64,000 nucleotides of DNA from Minisyncoccota bacterium (GTDB taxonomy: Bacteria; Patescibacteriota; Minisyncoccia; JAHIHE01; JAGLIN01): contig JBAZUT010000001.1 of NCBI GenBank assembly GCA_041661265.1, positions 197,310 through 261,309 of the forward strand, written 5' to 3'. The notes under the pieces were generated by a model. It ran no database searches, was not told the origin of the DNA, and was given only the letters and a program-made list of their open reading frames with translations. Of this stretch, positions 55,164 to 64,000 are shown one piece after another (positions within the stretch are counted from its first letter, which is position 1; the number at the start of each line of letters is the position of its first letter). A program made the translations under genes and the position numbers.

Positions 55164-56069
55164 CTATCTCTTAAAAATAAAAAGTTCGATATATCCGAGG
55201 TTATCCAAAAGTTCCGTTCTTATCTTTCCCTTAAAACCAGGATCGATGAGCGGCGAGATCAAGTGCCTTTTCCCACCGTCATAAGAACCTGTGTTAATGA
55301 CACCGCAGACATTTTCCCCAAGCTCCACCCTTGGAGTTTCCCCTAGATAGAAATCGGAGTCATCTTCTTCCGGCACAGGTTTCAGGGCGTCCTCAAGGTC
55401 TTTCCTGCTTCCTATGTTAAGCGGCTTATCATCCTTCGGAATATGCAGTTTCTTTTTCATGGGGAAAACTATCATTATGTCCTTCATGCTCTCCCGGAAC
55501 TTTTCGTTCTTCATGTTCAACTGGATCAATTCATCATTTTCGGAATCATAATCAGCACCGGCGATGAACCAATCCTTTCCCTCCTCCCCTTCAATCTTAA
55601 TATCGCTCAAAACCGCATCCCGCAATTCCTTTCCCCTGAGCCTGTTCTTTTCGTTCGTCCAGAAAAAACGCGTCGCCTCCCCTTCAAACTCGATCGCACG
55701 ATCTCCATGATTTTCGATCATAACAGGGAACGGCACTTCCTCACCCTTATTTATCCTCTCAATGTCATCCTGAGTAACCCTGTCATAATCTATCCTGATC
55801 TCGATTCCCGACTGCGCCAGCCGGCTCCTTGTGGAAAGGCTCAATCTCCGGAGCACGCCCCAATCCGCTTCAACGGGAGGAAAGTTCTCCTTAGTCAGAA
55901 TAACCTCCGAGAAGATCAGGCTCTTTGGCTCGACCAGCTGCTTTTCCCTCATCGGAATATCCCGTCCGCTCCAAAAACCGGGAATTCCTTCCTTGAGCTT
56001 TTCGTATCCCTTTTCGGACATGACAGCCTGCCTTGCCATCTTTTCAAATTGTTCGCTTTCAAGTGACAT
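55164..56069 (-). CDS. dCTP deaminase/dUTPase-fold-like protein (divergent)
   Basis: STRSRLAQSGI and LIDPGFKGKIRTE resemble the Dcd motifs RSS.AR.G and IDPGF.G.I.LE. Confidence 0.55.
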   Translation of the reverse strand: MSLESEQFEKMARQAVMSEKGYEKLKEGIPGFWSGRDIPMREKQLVEPKSLIFSEVILTKENFPPVEADWGVLRRLSLSTRSRLAQSGIEIRIDYDRVTQDDIERINKGEEVPFPVMIENHGDRAIEFEGEATRFFWTNEKNRLRGKELRDAVLSDIKIEGEEGKDWFIAGADYDSENDELIQLNMKNEKFRESMKDIMIVFPMKKKLHIPKDDKPLNIGSRKDLEDALKPVPEEDDSDFYLGETPRVELGENVCGVINTGSYDGGKRHLISPLIDPGFKGKIRTELLDNLGYIELFIFKR

Positions 56070-56091
56070 ATCAAGTGATTATTGTAACACT

Positions 56092-56748
56092 CTAATTAAA
56101 ATTCATAATCGATCTTTCGTCAAAGTCCAAAAGAGAATCGATGACAAGATCCGCTTTTTCCATGGCACTATCCCCTTCAACTCCTGCCGACGGTACTGCA
56201 ACGCATCTCATGCCTGCCGATTTTGCAGAGATCACGCCATTAGGAGAATCTTCAAACGCAACGCAGCTTCCAGCCGATATCCCGAGTTTTTTTGACGCTC
56301 CGATATAGACCGCAGGATCCGGCTTTCCGAAAAGTTCGTCTTGCGCCGAATGGACCACTCTTATGTACGGCGCTATCAGAGTCCTTTCCAAAACCGAATT
56401 TATTATGTCTATCGGCGAAGATGAAGCAATGGCCATCGGCATATCCATTTTCCTGAACGTCTCAAGAACTTCCCTGGCACCCGGCATCAGTTCTCCTTCC
56501 CTTTTTATCATCAATATAACTCTCCTGATGATATCCAACTCAACTTCTTTCTTGCTGGGACCGCTCCAAGGATAGCGTTTGAACCAATATTCCACAAGCG
56601 CATCGATCCTCACCCCCATGGTCTCGCTGGTGATCTCCTTCTTCACCGGAATTCCGATCTTTTCAAGAGCTCCTTTTTCCGCTTCGCGCCAAAAAGGCTC
56701 GCTGTCGATGAGAAGCCCGTCCATGTCGAATATGACCGCTTTTATCAT
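56092..56748 (-). CDS. HAD family phosphatase (HxpB/YniC-like)
   Basis: FDMDGLLIDSEP.W, IASSS, KPDPAVY, FEDSPNGV.SAKSAGM. Confidence 0.9.
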   Translation of the reverse strand: MIKAVIFDMDGLLIDSEPFWREAEKGALEKIGIPVKKEITSETMGVRIDALVEYWFKRYPWSGPSKKEVELDIIRRVILMIKREGELMPGAREVLETFRKMDMPMAIASSSPIDIINSVLERTLIAPYIRVVHSAQDELFGKPDPAVYIGASKKLGISAGSCVAFEDSPNGVISAKSAGMRCVAVPSAGVEGDSAMEKADLVIDSLLDFDERSIMNFN

Positions 56749-56887
56749 ATGTTATTTTATCTGTTATAATGATCTTCACAAAAAAAGCATCGTTCAAAAA
56801 ATGCTCTTTGGGATAAATTTTCAACATTATTTTGCTATACGCAAGAAACTTCCGTCCAACAGGCCTTCTTTTTCGTACCGCACAGCC

Positions 56888-59878
56888 TCATTGCGGCTGA
56901 ACCGGACTTATTTCCATCTCTCTTGAATTGCTTTCATAGAGATTCCCATCTTGATCTTCCGCCGTCACGAAAAGCTTATACTTTCCCGGTATGACATATT
57001 CCCTATCCTCGTCCCAGAGAGCCTGATAAAGGTTATTCTCCCCGGGCACCGGCGACGTGGCTTTCTGGATCAAGCGCCTGCTGCCCGGTTTTTCAATAAG
57101 CTCTCCGTTCGTATCATATATGCTCTCGAGCTGGGAATAGAAACTGATATTCGTGAATTTTTCTCCCGCCGTAACGACGCTCATAACATATGGGAAAGAG
57201 TCGTTCGTGACCGGCATGAAATATATGGAAATGTCATTTCCCGTAACGACAGAGATCCTGTCTTCCGAGGAATTGAAGATCTTGTCATAGATCCTTGCGG
57301 TTATGGCATGAATATCTTTTTTCGTTTCCTGAGAGATATTATAAAATGCCTCAAAGGGAGGAAATTTGTCTATCCCGACAAGTTCATTGTCAAAATAGAA
57401 CTCGATCTGCTCGATGCCAAGGTTCGCAAAACCTTCTGCCTCGATCTTGATGTTATTCTGGTTGATAATAGCGTCATTCTGAGGATTGAGGATCTTTACG
57501 GACGGCAGATCGTCTTTACTCCTCGCGTTGCAGACTTCAGTCGGAGCGATGTTCGCGATCTTATCCGCCATATTTTCCTTCGCCCATGTCTGAACCGCAT
57601 CTTCCCACGCTCTGAACTGCGGGTCATCCTCGGGACTTTCAGGAGGATCCCCTCTCGGGTCATCTTTTTTCACATAATACAAAATATCATGGATCTCGAT
57701 AAAGGTCTTCTCTTCGATCTGGCTTTCCGGAGTAAGTTCGCTCGCCAGCCTGTCGGTGCAAGCTTTGTCTGTTTTCACAATGACCTCATTCTCCGCCTTT
57801 CCGTCCAGAATAGGCTTTCCGGCCTCGATCTCCTGCGGAACAGGAAACTTCTCGACCGGATCCAGAGCCAGCACCCGCGTCATGAAGTCATTCCAGATCG
57901 GAGCCGCGATCTTGCTGCCATCCGCTCCGCGCTTCATTTCATCACCATTACTGTTTCCCGTCCAAACTCCTGAAACAAGGCTGGGCGTATATCCAACCGT
58001 CCATGCATCCTTGAAACTGCTTGTGGTTCCTGATTTCGCCGCAACAGGCCTGTCTTTGATGTAAAGCTTGCTCGCCGGGCCGAAAGTTTCGGCTCTCGCA
58101 TTATTGTCGGAAAGGATGCTGTTTATATTTCTCGCGATCTCTTCATCCAGGACGCGCGTCTCGCTTTGCGAAGCCTCCTTGAGGATCTTTCCATCCGCGT
58201 CTTCGATCTTCAGAACGGAGATTGGCAAGCTCCTGACCCCGTCGTTCGCAAAAACTCCATAAGCGGAAACCATGTCTATCAGCTTCACCTCGCCCGTTCC
58301 GAGAACCAGGGACAGGCCGTATCTTCCGGGATTATTCAGCGTCGTTATCCCGAGATCGTGAGCGGTGTCTATGCTCTCTTTTATTCCGGAAAGATAAAGA
58401 GCCTTGACCGCCGGTATGTTGAGCGACCGCGCCAGCGCCTGCCTCATTGTCACAGGACCTGAATATTTCATATTGTAATTATTCGGAATATATTCTTTTC
58501 CGCTGCCGTCCTTTCCAAAATTCGTTTCAACGTCGAACAGGATCGTGTTGGGAGTGTATCCTTTTTTGAAAGCGGTCGCATAAACAAAAGGCTTGAATGA
58601 AGATCCTGGCTGAAGCGGGGCTATGGCCGCATTCACATTCCCGTCTTCTTTGATATTGAAATAGTCTTTGCTCCCGACCATAGAAAGGATCTCTCCGTCC
58701 TTGGGATCCATGGCGATAAGTGCGGCGTCTCGTGCGTTATATTTTGCAAGATTTTCTTCCGTCATTTTTTTTATCGCATCCTCGGCGATCATCTGCATAT
58801 CGTAATTCAGGGTCGTATAGACCTTCAGCCCGCCTTTTTCAACTTTTTCCTCCCCGAACTCATCGACAAGCTGCTGCTTCACATACATCACGAAATGAGG
58901 AGCCTCGATTTTCTCCACAAAAGCCCTTACTCTCTTGATGATCTCCACATCCTTGGCATTCTTGGCTTCCTCTTCGGTTATATATCCCTGTTCCTTCATC
59001 TGATCGATGATGAACTTATATTTCGCGATCAGTTGGTCCTGATGAGTGCCATAGGGGGAATAGTATGTCGTAGCTTTCGGAAGAGCCGCAAGAAGAGCGG
59101 ATTCCGGAATGTCCAGGTCCTTGGCGGACTTTCCGAAAAAGGTCTGCGCCGCAGCCTCGGCCCCATATGCATTCGAGCCATAGGGTATCTGATTCATATA
59201 CATTTCAAGGATCTGATCCTTGGAAAATTTTTGTTCCGTCTCGATCGCCAGAATTATTTCTTTTATTTTTCTTGTGACCGTCCTTTCTGACGTGAGAAGG
59301 GAATTTTTTATTAACTGCTGAGTGATGGTCGATCCGCCCTGCTCCGTTCTCATATTCCTCACGTCGGTATAAATCGCTCTTATTATCCCGACAAAATCAA
59401 TGCCGTGATGCTTATAGAAATTCTTGTCCTCGGTTGCGATAGTTGAATTTATAAGATTTTTCGAGATTTGGTCCAAGTTTACGATTGTCCTCTTTTCTTC
59501 TCCATGGATCTCATAAAGAAGGTGCTGCCCGGTCCGGTCATAGATCTTGGTCGACTCCCATACGCTTCTTTTTACGATCTTATCGGGACTCGGAATATCT
59601 TTGGAAAAATATATGAACGCTCCGGCCGTTGCGATCGCCCCCAGGATCAAAAAAAGCACACCCAGCTTCAGGAAGACATAAAAGATCTTTTTCAGCCCCC
59701 TAGTCTTCACCTTTCTGTACTTCATTGCCCCACGGAGCAACCCCGGCTTTATGCGCTTGGTTATCAATTTCTTTTTTTCCCTGATTTTCGGCAAACTAAA
59801 AACAAGCTTGCTCAATATTCCAGCTTTTTTTCTGCTTTTTTGGATTGTTTGCACCCTGTATTTTCTTCTTATAGGCAC
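56888..59878 (-). CDS. class A penicillin-binding protein (PBP1A family) with C-terminal Ig-like domains
   Basis: TEDKNFYKHHG, GGSTITQQLIK, RKIKE, GSSFKP, SLN, KSGT. Confidence 0.95.
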   Translation of the reverse strand: MPIRRKYRVQTIQKSRKKAGILSKLVFSLPKIREKKKLITKRIKPGLLRGAMKYRKVKTRGLKKIFYVFLKLGVLFLILGAIATAGAFIYFSKDIPSPDKIVKRSVWESTKIYDRTGQHLLYEIHGEEKRTIVNLDQISKNLINSTIATEDKNFYKHHGIDFVGIIRAIYTDVRNMRTEQGGSTITQQLIKNSLLTSERTVTRKIKEIILAIETEQKFSKDQILEMYMNQIPYGSNAYGAEAAAQTFFGKSAKDLDIPESALLAALPKATTYYSPYGTHQDQLIAKYKFIIDQMKEQGYITEEEAKNAKDVEIIKRVRAFVEKIEAPHFVMYVKQQLVDEFGEEKVEKGGLKVYTTLNYDMQMIAEDAIKKMTEENLAKYNARDAALIAMDPKDGEILSMVGSKDYFNIKEDGNVNAAIAPLQPGSSFKPFVYATAFKKGYTPNTILFDVETNFGKDGSGKEYIPNNYNMKYSGPVTMRQALARSLNIPAVKALYLSGIKESIDTAHDLGITTLNNPGRYGLSLVLGTGEVKLIDMVSAYGVFANDGVRSLPISVLKIEDADGKILKEASQSETRVLDEEIARNINSILSDNNARAETFGPASKLYIKDRPVAAKSGTTSSFKDAWTVGYTPSLVSGVWTGNSNGDEMKRGADGSKIAAPIWNDFMTRVLALDPVEKFPVPQEIEAGKPILDGKAENEVIVKTDKACTDRLASELTPESQIEEKTFIEIHDILYYVKKDDPRGDPPESPEDDPQFRAWEDAVQTWAKENMADKIANIAPTEVCNARSKDDLPSVKILNPQNDAIINQNNIKIEAEGFANLGIEQIEFYFDNELVGIDKFPPFEAFYNISQETKKDIHAITARIYDKIFNSSEDRISVVTGNDISIYFMPVTNDSFPYVMSVVTAGEKFTNISFYSQLESIYDTNGELIEKPGSRRLIQKATSPVPGENNLYQALWDEDREYVIPGKYKLFVTAEDQDGNLYESNSREMEISPVQPQ

Positions 59879-60149
59879 AAGAATTTCTTAAAAATGAAAT
59901 TGGGAGTACGATAATGCCGATGATTTTCCAATCTCAGATTTTTATCTTTGTTCTATCCCTCCCCATGATTACATTTTTCAATTAGGTACATTTGTTATTA
60001 TACAGATTATTTCCCGTTTTGAAAAGAATTTTGCGCATCCTGTCAACGTTTCTCCGGCAAAAGTGTCTTAAACAAGGCAAATTCCTTGTCATAAACACCT
60101 TCCTATGTTAGATTAAAACTGTCATAACAAATAAAATAGGGACTAGTCC

Positions 60150-60641
60150 CTATGTATAGATTCTTTCCCAATTTGCCAGTTTTTTCGCATCTTTCGGCTT
60201 GGTCGGGCATCTCCAGATGCTTCTTTTCCTTTTTCCTTCCTCTTTTTTGTTCCGTACCGGCACCGGTTTTATTTCACCCTTGCTTTCAAGATCAACCTCG
60301 AAATTGATTGAAACTGATACTATCGACCACGATTCGCGATAATTAGTTTTTGCGCTGATCGAGAATCTTCCCTTTTTGAACTTTTCTATCGCATCTATCA
60401 GCGTTTTAATTTTTTCTTCTTTTTCACGGTTATCGTGAATAGCCTTGAGATCCATTTCGTATTTCGCGTTATCGCTAAGCTGCAATACTAGACATCCATT
60501 TTTGATCTCGATCACGGCTTTGCCCGCGTTCACTTCACCGGCCAATGATTGGCAAAATTTTTGTTCAGATTCCGTTTCTTGAGGATATACATACAATGAC
60601 CTAATCATGTATATATCCCAGTACAGTACGCCAAATTCCAT
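60150..60641 (-). CDS. hypothetical protein
   Basis: AAAAGGAGG SD; ATG start. Confidence 0.6.
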   Translation of the reverse strand: MEFGVLYWDIYMIRSLYVYPQETESEQKFCQSLAGEVNAGKAVIEIKNGCLVLQLSDNAKYEMDLKAIHDNREKEEKIKTLIDAIEKFKKGRFSISAKTNYRESWSIVSVSINFEVDLESKGEIKPVPVRNKKEEGKRKRSIWRCPTKPKDAKKLANWERIYT

Positions 60642-60685
60642 TCAATTAACCTCCTTTTGAGTCACCATAATCAATTTAATAACAT

Positions 60686-61915
60686 ATGTCAACAATCATG
60701 AGCAATATAAATACAGATCCTGAAAAGATCGAAAAGCTTCTTTCAAAAAACGCGGAAGAAGTAATCATCAAAGATGATTTGGAAAAAAGGCTTGTATCCG
60801 GCAAGAAACTCCGCGTCAAGCTCGGATGCGACCCCTCAAGGCCGGACCTGCACCTCGGACATTCGATCGTGCTCCGGAAGCTCAAAGAATTCCAGGATCT
60901 GGGGCATCAGGTCGTTTTTATAATCGGAGATTACACTGGAATGATCGGAGATCCTTCCGGAAAATCAAAAACAAGGCCTGCGCTCTCAAGAAGCGAGGTA
61001 TCGAAGAACGCAAAATCCTATTTCGAGCAGGTCGGGAAGATCCTCGACACAAAAAAAACGGAAATCCGGTTCAATAGCGAATGGTTCTCAAAAATGAGCT
61101 TTGAGGATGTCCTAAAACTGACAGCGAAATTCACAGTCGCAAGGATCCTGGAACGGGATGAATTTTCGAACAGGCTGAAAAGCGGCACCGATATTGCGGT
61201 TCATGAGATAATGTATCCGATCATGCAGGCATATGACTCCATCGCGATCGATGCGGACGTCGAGATCGGAGGCACCGACCAGAAGTTCAACATGCTCGCA
61301 GGACGGGACCTTCAGAGAAAAATGGAAAAACCGGAACAGAATGTCCTCACTTGTCCCCTGCTTGTCGGCCTGGACGGAAAAGAAAAAATGAGCAAAAGCC
61401 TGGATAACTATATCGGTATCACCGAAAAACCGGACTCAATGTTCGGGAAGATCATGTCCATTTCCGACGGAATGATCTATTACTATTTCAAACTTCTGAC
61501 GGATATTCCGGAAGATGATCTGAGGAAGATCGAAGCCGACCTCAAAGACCAGGCCAAAAATCCAAGAGACCTGAAAGTGAGGCTGGCAAAGGAAATCATC
61601 GCGATATATCACGGAAGAGATGAGGCTGAAAAAGCAGAAAGTGAATTCAACAAGATCTTCCGGGATAAGCAGAAGCCTACGGAAATGAAAGAACAAGAAT
61701 TTAAGATCGGAACATACAAAGCTGTAGATTTCTTGCTTGGAGTGGGATTCGCTGACAGTAAAGGTTCGGCTAAAATAATCATTCAACAGGGTGGGTTCAA
61801 AATAAATGACGTTATTCAAAAGGATTGGAATAAGGAATTTGAGGCCAAAGATGGAGACAGCATGGTGATTCAAGCTGGAAAAAGAAATTTTAGGAAAATT
61901 TTCTTTAAAAAATAA
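60686..61915 (+). CDS. tyrS: tyrosine--tRNA ligase
   Basis: GCDPSRPDLHLGH, YPIMQAYD, GGTDQKFN, KMSKS, C-terminal S4-like domain. Confidence 0.97.
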   Translation: MSTIMSNINTDPEKIEKLLSKNAEEVIIKDDLEKRLVSGKKLRVKLGCDPSRPDLHLGHSIVLRKLKEFQDLGHQVVFIIGDYTGMIGDPSGKSKTRPALSRSEVSKNAKSYFEQVGKILDTKKTEIRFNSEWFSKMSFEDVLKLTAKFTVARILERDEFSNRLKSGTDIAVHEIMYPIMQAYDSIAIDADVEIGGTDQKFNMLAGRDLQRKMEKPEQNVLTCPLLVGLDGKEKMSKSLDNYIGITEKPDSMFGKIMSISDGMIYYYFKLLTDIPEDDLRKIEADLKDQAKNPRDLKVRLAKEIIAIYHGRDEAEKAESEFNKIFRDKQKPTEMKEQEFKIGTYKAVDFLLGVGFADSKGSAKIIIQQGGFKINDVIQKDWNKEFEAKDGDSMVIQAGKRNFRKIFFKK

Positions 61916-61917
61916 TT

Positions 61918-62412
61918 ATGCCAAAAATAATAATTAAGCCTCAAAGAGTTTCCGAAGCCAAAAGATTCTATCAAATCCTGAATAATCCGAATTTTATTTT
62001 TCTGAGGATCAGAATGAATGGCTTCAGGGACGAAATTGCCTTCATGAAGAAAAACGCCGAAAAGAGAAGAAATAATTTTGAACATAACTACACCATATTT
62101 TGTGATGGCAAGATCGTCGGCGCGATCGGAATGAAAATAAACCAGCACAGGCCGTTCACCGGAGAGATCGGATATTTCGTTGATGAAGAATATTGGGGTA
62201 AGGGAATAGCATCGCTTGCGGTGAAACAACTTGAAAAAATAGGATTCACTAAACTGAAACTGAAACGGATCGAAATTGTCATGGACATAAGACATCCAGC
62301 CAGCGAGAAAGTCGCGATAAAGTGCGGATATAAAAAAGAAGGCATCATGAAAAAAGCAATAGAAACAGATGGCAAATATTGCGATGCATATCTTTATGCA
62401 AAGACAAAATAG
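61918..62412 (+). CDS. GNAT N-acetyltransferase (RimJ/RimL family)
   Basis: GEIGY, YWGKGIAS, ASEKVAIKCGYKKEG. Confidence 0.9.
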   Translation: MPKIIIKPQRVSEAKRFYQILNNPNFIFLRIRMNGFRDEIAFMKKNAEKRRNNFEHNYTIFCDGKIVGAIGMKINQHRPFTGEIGYFVDEEYWGKGIASLAVKQLEKIGFTKLKLKRIEIVMDIRHPASEKVAIKCGYKKEGIMKKAIETDGKYCDAYLYAKTK

Positions 62413-62439
62413 CAAGTTATAATAACCGATCAAATACAT

Positions 62440-63246
62440 ATGGCGAACGGAATGAAAAAATATCTGACGCTCATCGAGGTCACTTGGCAGCGGGCCCTGA
62501 CCTATCGCTTCACTGTGTTCGCATACAGGATCGGGGAAATGCTTGAGGTGATCATACTTGTTTTTATGTGGTCAGCTATCTATGAAAGCCAGCCTGTGAT
62601 CAAAGGCTACACTCTCAGTGAAATGATCTCGTATGTCCTGATCGGAAACTTGATAGACGTGGCGATAAGGAACTGGATGCCGAATGTCATCGCCAGTGAC
62701 ATTAAGAACGGAACTCTTTCCGCGTTCCTCACAAAACCGATCAACTATATGTACTACATGTTCTTCAAAGAAGCCGGGAGAAATTCCTTTGCGTTCATTT
62801 TTTCATTCATAACACAGATAATGATAATCCTGTTCTTCCTGGACAAGGTGATCATAAATTTTAATTTGCAGATCACCGCCGTTCTGCTTGTGATGGTCCT
62901 GTTCGCATTCATAATCGAGTGGCAGATCTCATATCTTGTGGGGCTCATCGCTTTCTGGACCGATGAAGTGGACGGCATCTATGCAACAGTCACCCAGGTA
63001 AGAAAATTCTTTGCGGGAGGATATTTCCCGCTGAGCCTTCTTCCGCCTCTTTTCGTAAGCATGAGCTTTGCGCTTCCGTTCGCCTATTCCTTTTTCGTTC
63101 CCACCCAGCTATATCTCGGAAAAATAGGGATTGAAACGGGGATCAAAGGACTTTTTGTGCAAATAATCTGGATAATACTGCTGAACTTCATCATCAAACT
63201 TGCGTGGCAGAGAGGCTTGAAGCGATATGAAGGAGTCGGAATATAA
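62440..63246 (+). CDS. ABC-2 family transporter permease (DUF990-like)
   Basis: Six TM; IKNGTLSAFLTKP, GGYFPLSLLP, LPF. Confidence 0.88.
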   Translation: MANGMKKYLTLIEVTWQRALTYRFTVFAYRIGEMLEVIILVFMWSAIYESQPVIKGYTLSEMISYVLIGNLIDVAIRNWMPNVIASDIKNGTLSAFLTKPINYMYYMFFKEAGRNSFAFIFSFITQIMIILFFLDKVIINFNLQITAVLLVMVLFAFIIEWQISYLVGLIAFWTDEVDGIYATVTQVRKFFAGGYFPLSLLPPLFVSMSFALPFAYSFFVPTQLYLGKIGIETGIKGLFVQIIWIILLNFIIKLAWQRGLKRYEGVGI

Positions 63247-63255
63247 TATAAACAT

Positions 63256-64000
63256 ATGCCTGCAATCGAAATAAAGGACCTGAGCAAAACCTATGAATAC
63301 TACAAGAAGCCTCCCGGATTGAGAGAGGCCGTCAAGAGTTTTTTTATAAGAAAAAGGCTGTTTTCAAAAGCCGTGAAGAATGTCAGTTTCAACATAAACG
63401 AAGGAGAGCTTGTCGGATTTTTGGGGCCGAATGGCGCGGGGAAAACGACCATTCTGAAAATGTTGTCAGGAATAATATGTCCGACCGGAGGAAGCGTCAG
63501 GGTGCTGGGATTCGACCCATGGAAAAGACAGAGTGAATATCAGAAACAATTCGCCTTGGTCATGGGCCAGAAAAATCAGCTCTGGACCGATCTTCCCGCA
63601 ATGGAAAGCTTCGTTCTGAACCGCGACATATACCAGATACCGAAAAAGGAATTCGACAAAAAACTCGATGAACTGGTCGAAATGCTCGGCGTGAAAGACT
63701 GCCTTGATGTGCAAGTGAGAAAACTCTCGCTGGGCCAGAGGATGAAATGCGAACTGATCGCCGCGCTCCTGCACAATCCCAAAGTCCTGCTTCTGGACGA
63801 GCCGACGATCGGACTCGACGTGGTCGCGCAAAAAAATATCAGGGACTTCATCAAAAGACAGAATGAAAGGGAAAGAACAACGATCATACTCACCTCTCAC
63901 TACATGGAAGATATAAGCCAGCTCTGCAAAAGGATAATAATCATCAACCTCGGAGAGATAATCTATGACGGCGAACTGGAAAGCCTCATCAGAAAATATG
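63256..64000 (+). CDS. ABC transporter ATP-binding protein (runs off the window end)
   Basis: Hand translation MPAIEIKDLSK..GPNGAGKTT..LSLGQRMK..LLDEPT..TSH. Confidence 0.93.
   Translation, partial: MPAIEIKDLSKTYEYYKKPPGLREAVKSFFIRKRLFSKAVKNVSFNINEGELVGFLGPNGAGKTTILKMLSGIICPTGGSVRVLGFDPWKRQSEYQKQFALVMGQKNQLWTDLPAMESFVLNRDIYQIPKKEFDKKLDELVEMLGVKDCLDVQVRKLSLGQRMKCELIAALLHNPKVLLLDEPTIGLDVVAQKNIRDFIKRQNERERTTIILTSHYMEDISQLCKRIIIINLGEIIYDGELESLIRKY

Noticed and set aside
1-64000. CRISPR arrays, integrases, transposases, prophage, rRNA, alternative genetic code
   Set aside because: No repeat-spacer arrays or mobile-element enzymes seen; long conserved genes translate intact with code 11 and TGA is used as a stop

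Overview
This 64 kb bacterial window resembles Patescibacteria/CPR (inference from gene content and style). Housekeeping genes: tRNA-Glu, gmk-like, ruvA, rpsT, holA, polA, tsaE, ruvB, tyrS. Envelope and surface genes: PilB/GspE ATPase, two class A PBPs including a PBP1C-like protein, alpha-2-macroglobulin, an S8 protease, a polysaccharide deacetylase and a GH3 hydrolase. There is also a nucleotide house-cleaning cluster (CYTH, Ham1-like, two NUDIX, PPase) and many short orphan genes with their own promoter, SD and terminator. The best candidate for an undescribed system is at 9318-10319 (- strand). Two homologous serine-rich leader peptides absent from the ORF track (MSPIERKLILSSSSSSSSVGRFLRV and MTLDRKNLSSCLSSSVPDGRFLCI) are each embedded in an antiterminator/terminator architecture with compensatory base changes, in tandem upstream of a small HAD phosphatase and an orphan gene. 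This is a putative ribosome-mediated, possibly serine-sensing attenuation cascade. Other notable items: a mini-element that duplicates the tRNA 3' end and carries an antisense copy of its atypical T-loop, a stand-alone promoter-driven multi-stem ncRNA candidate (34916-35089), orphan genes whose SD points to ATA/ATT starts, and several palindromic non-autonomous elements. All calls come from reading motifs by eye; no database searches were run.
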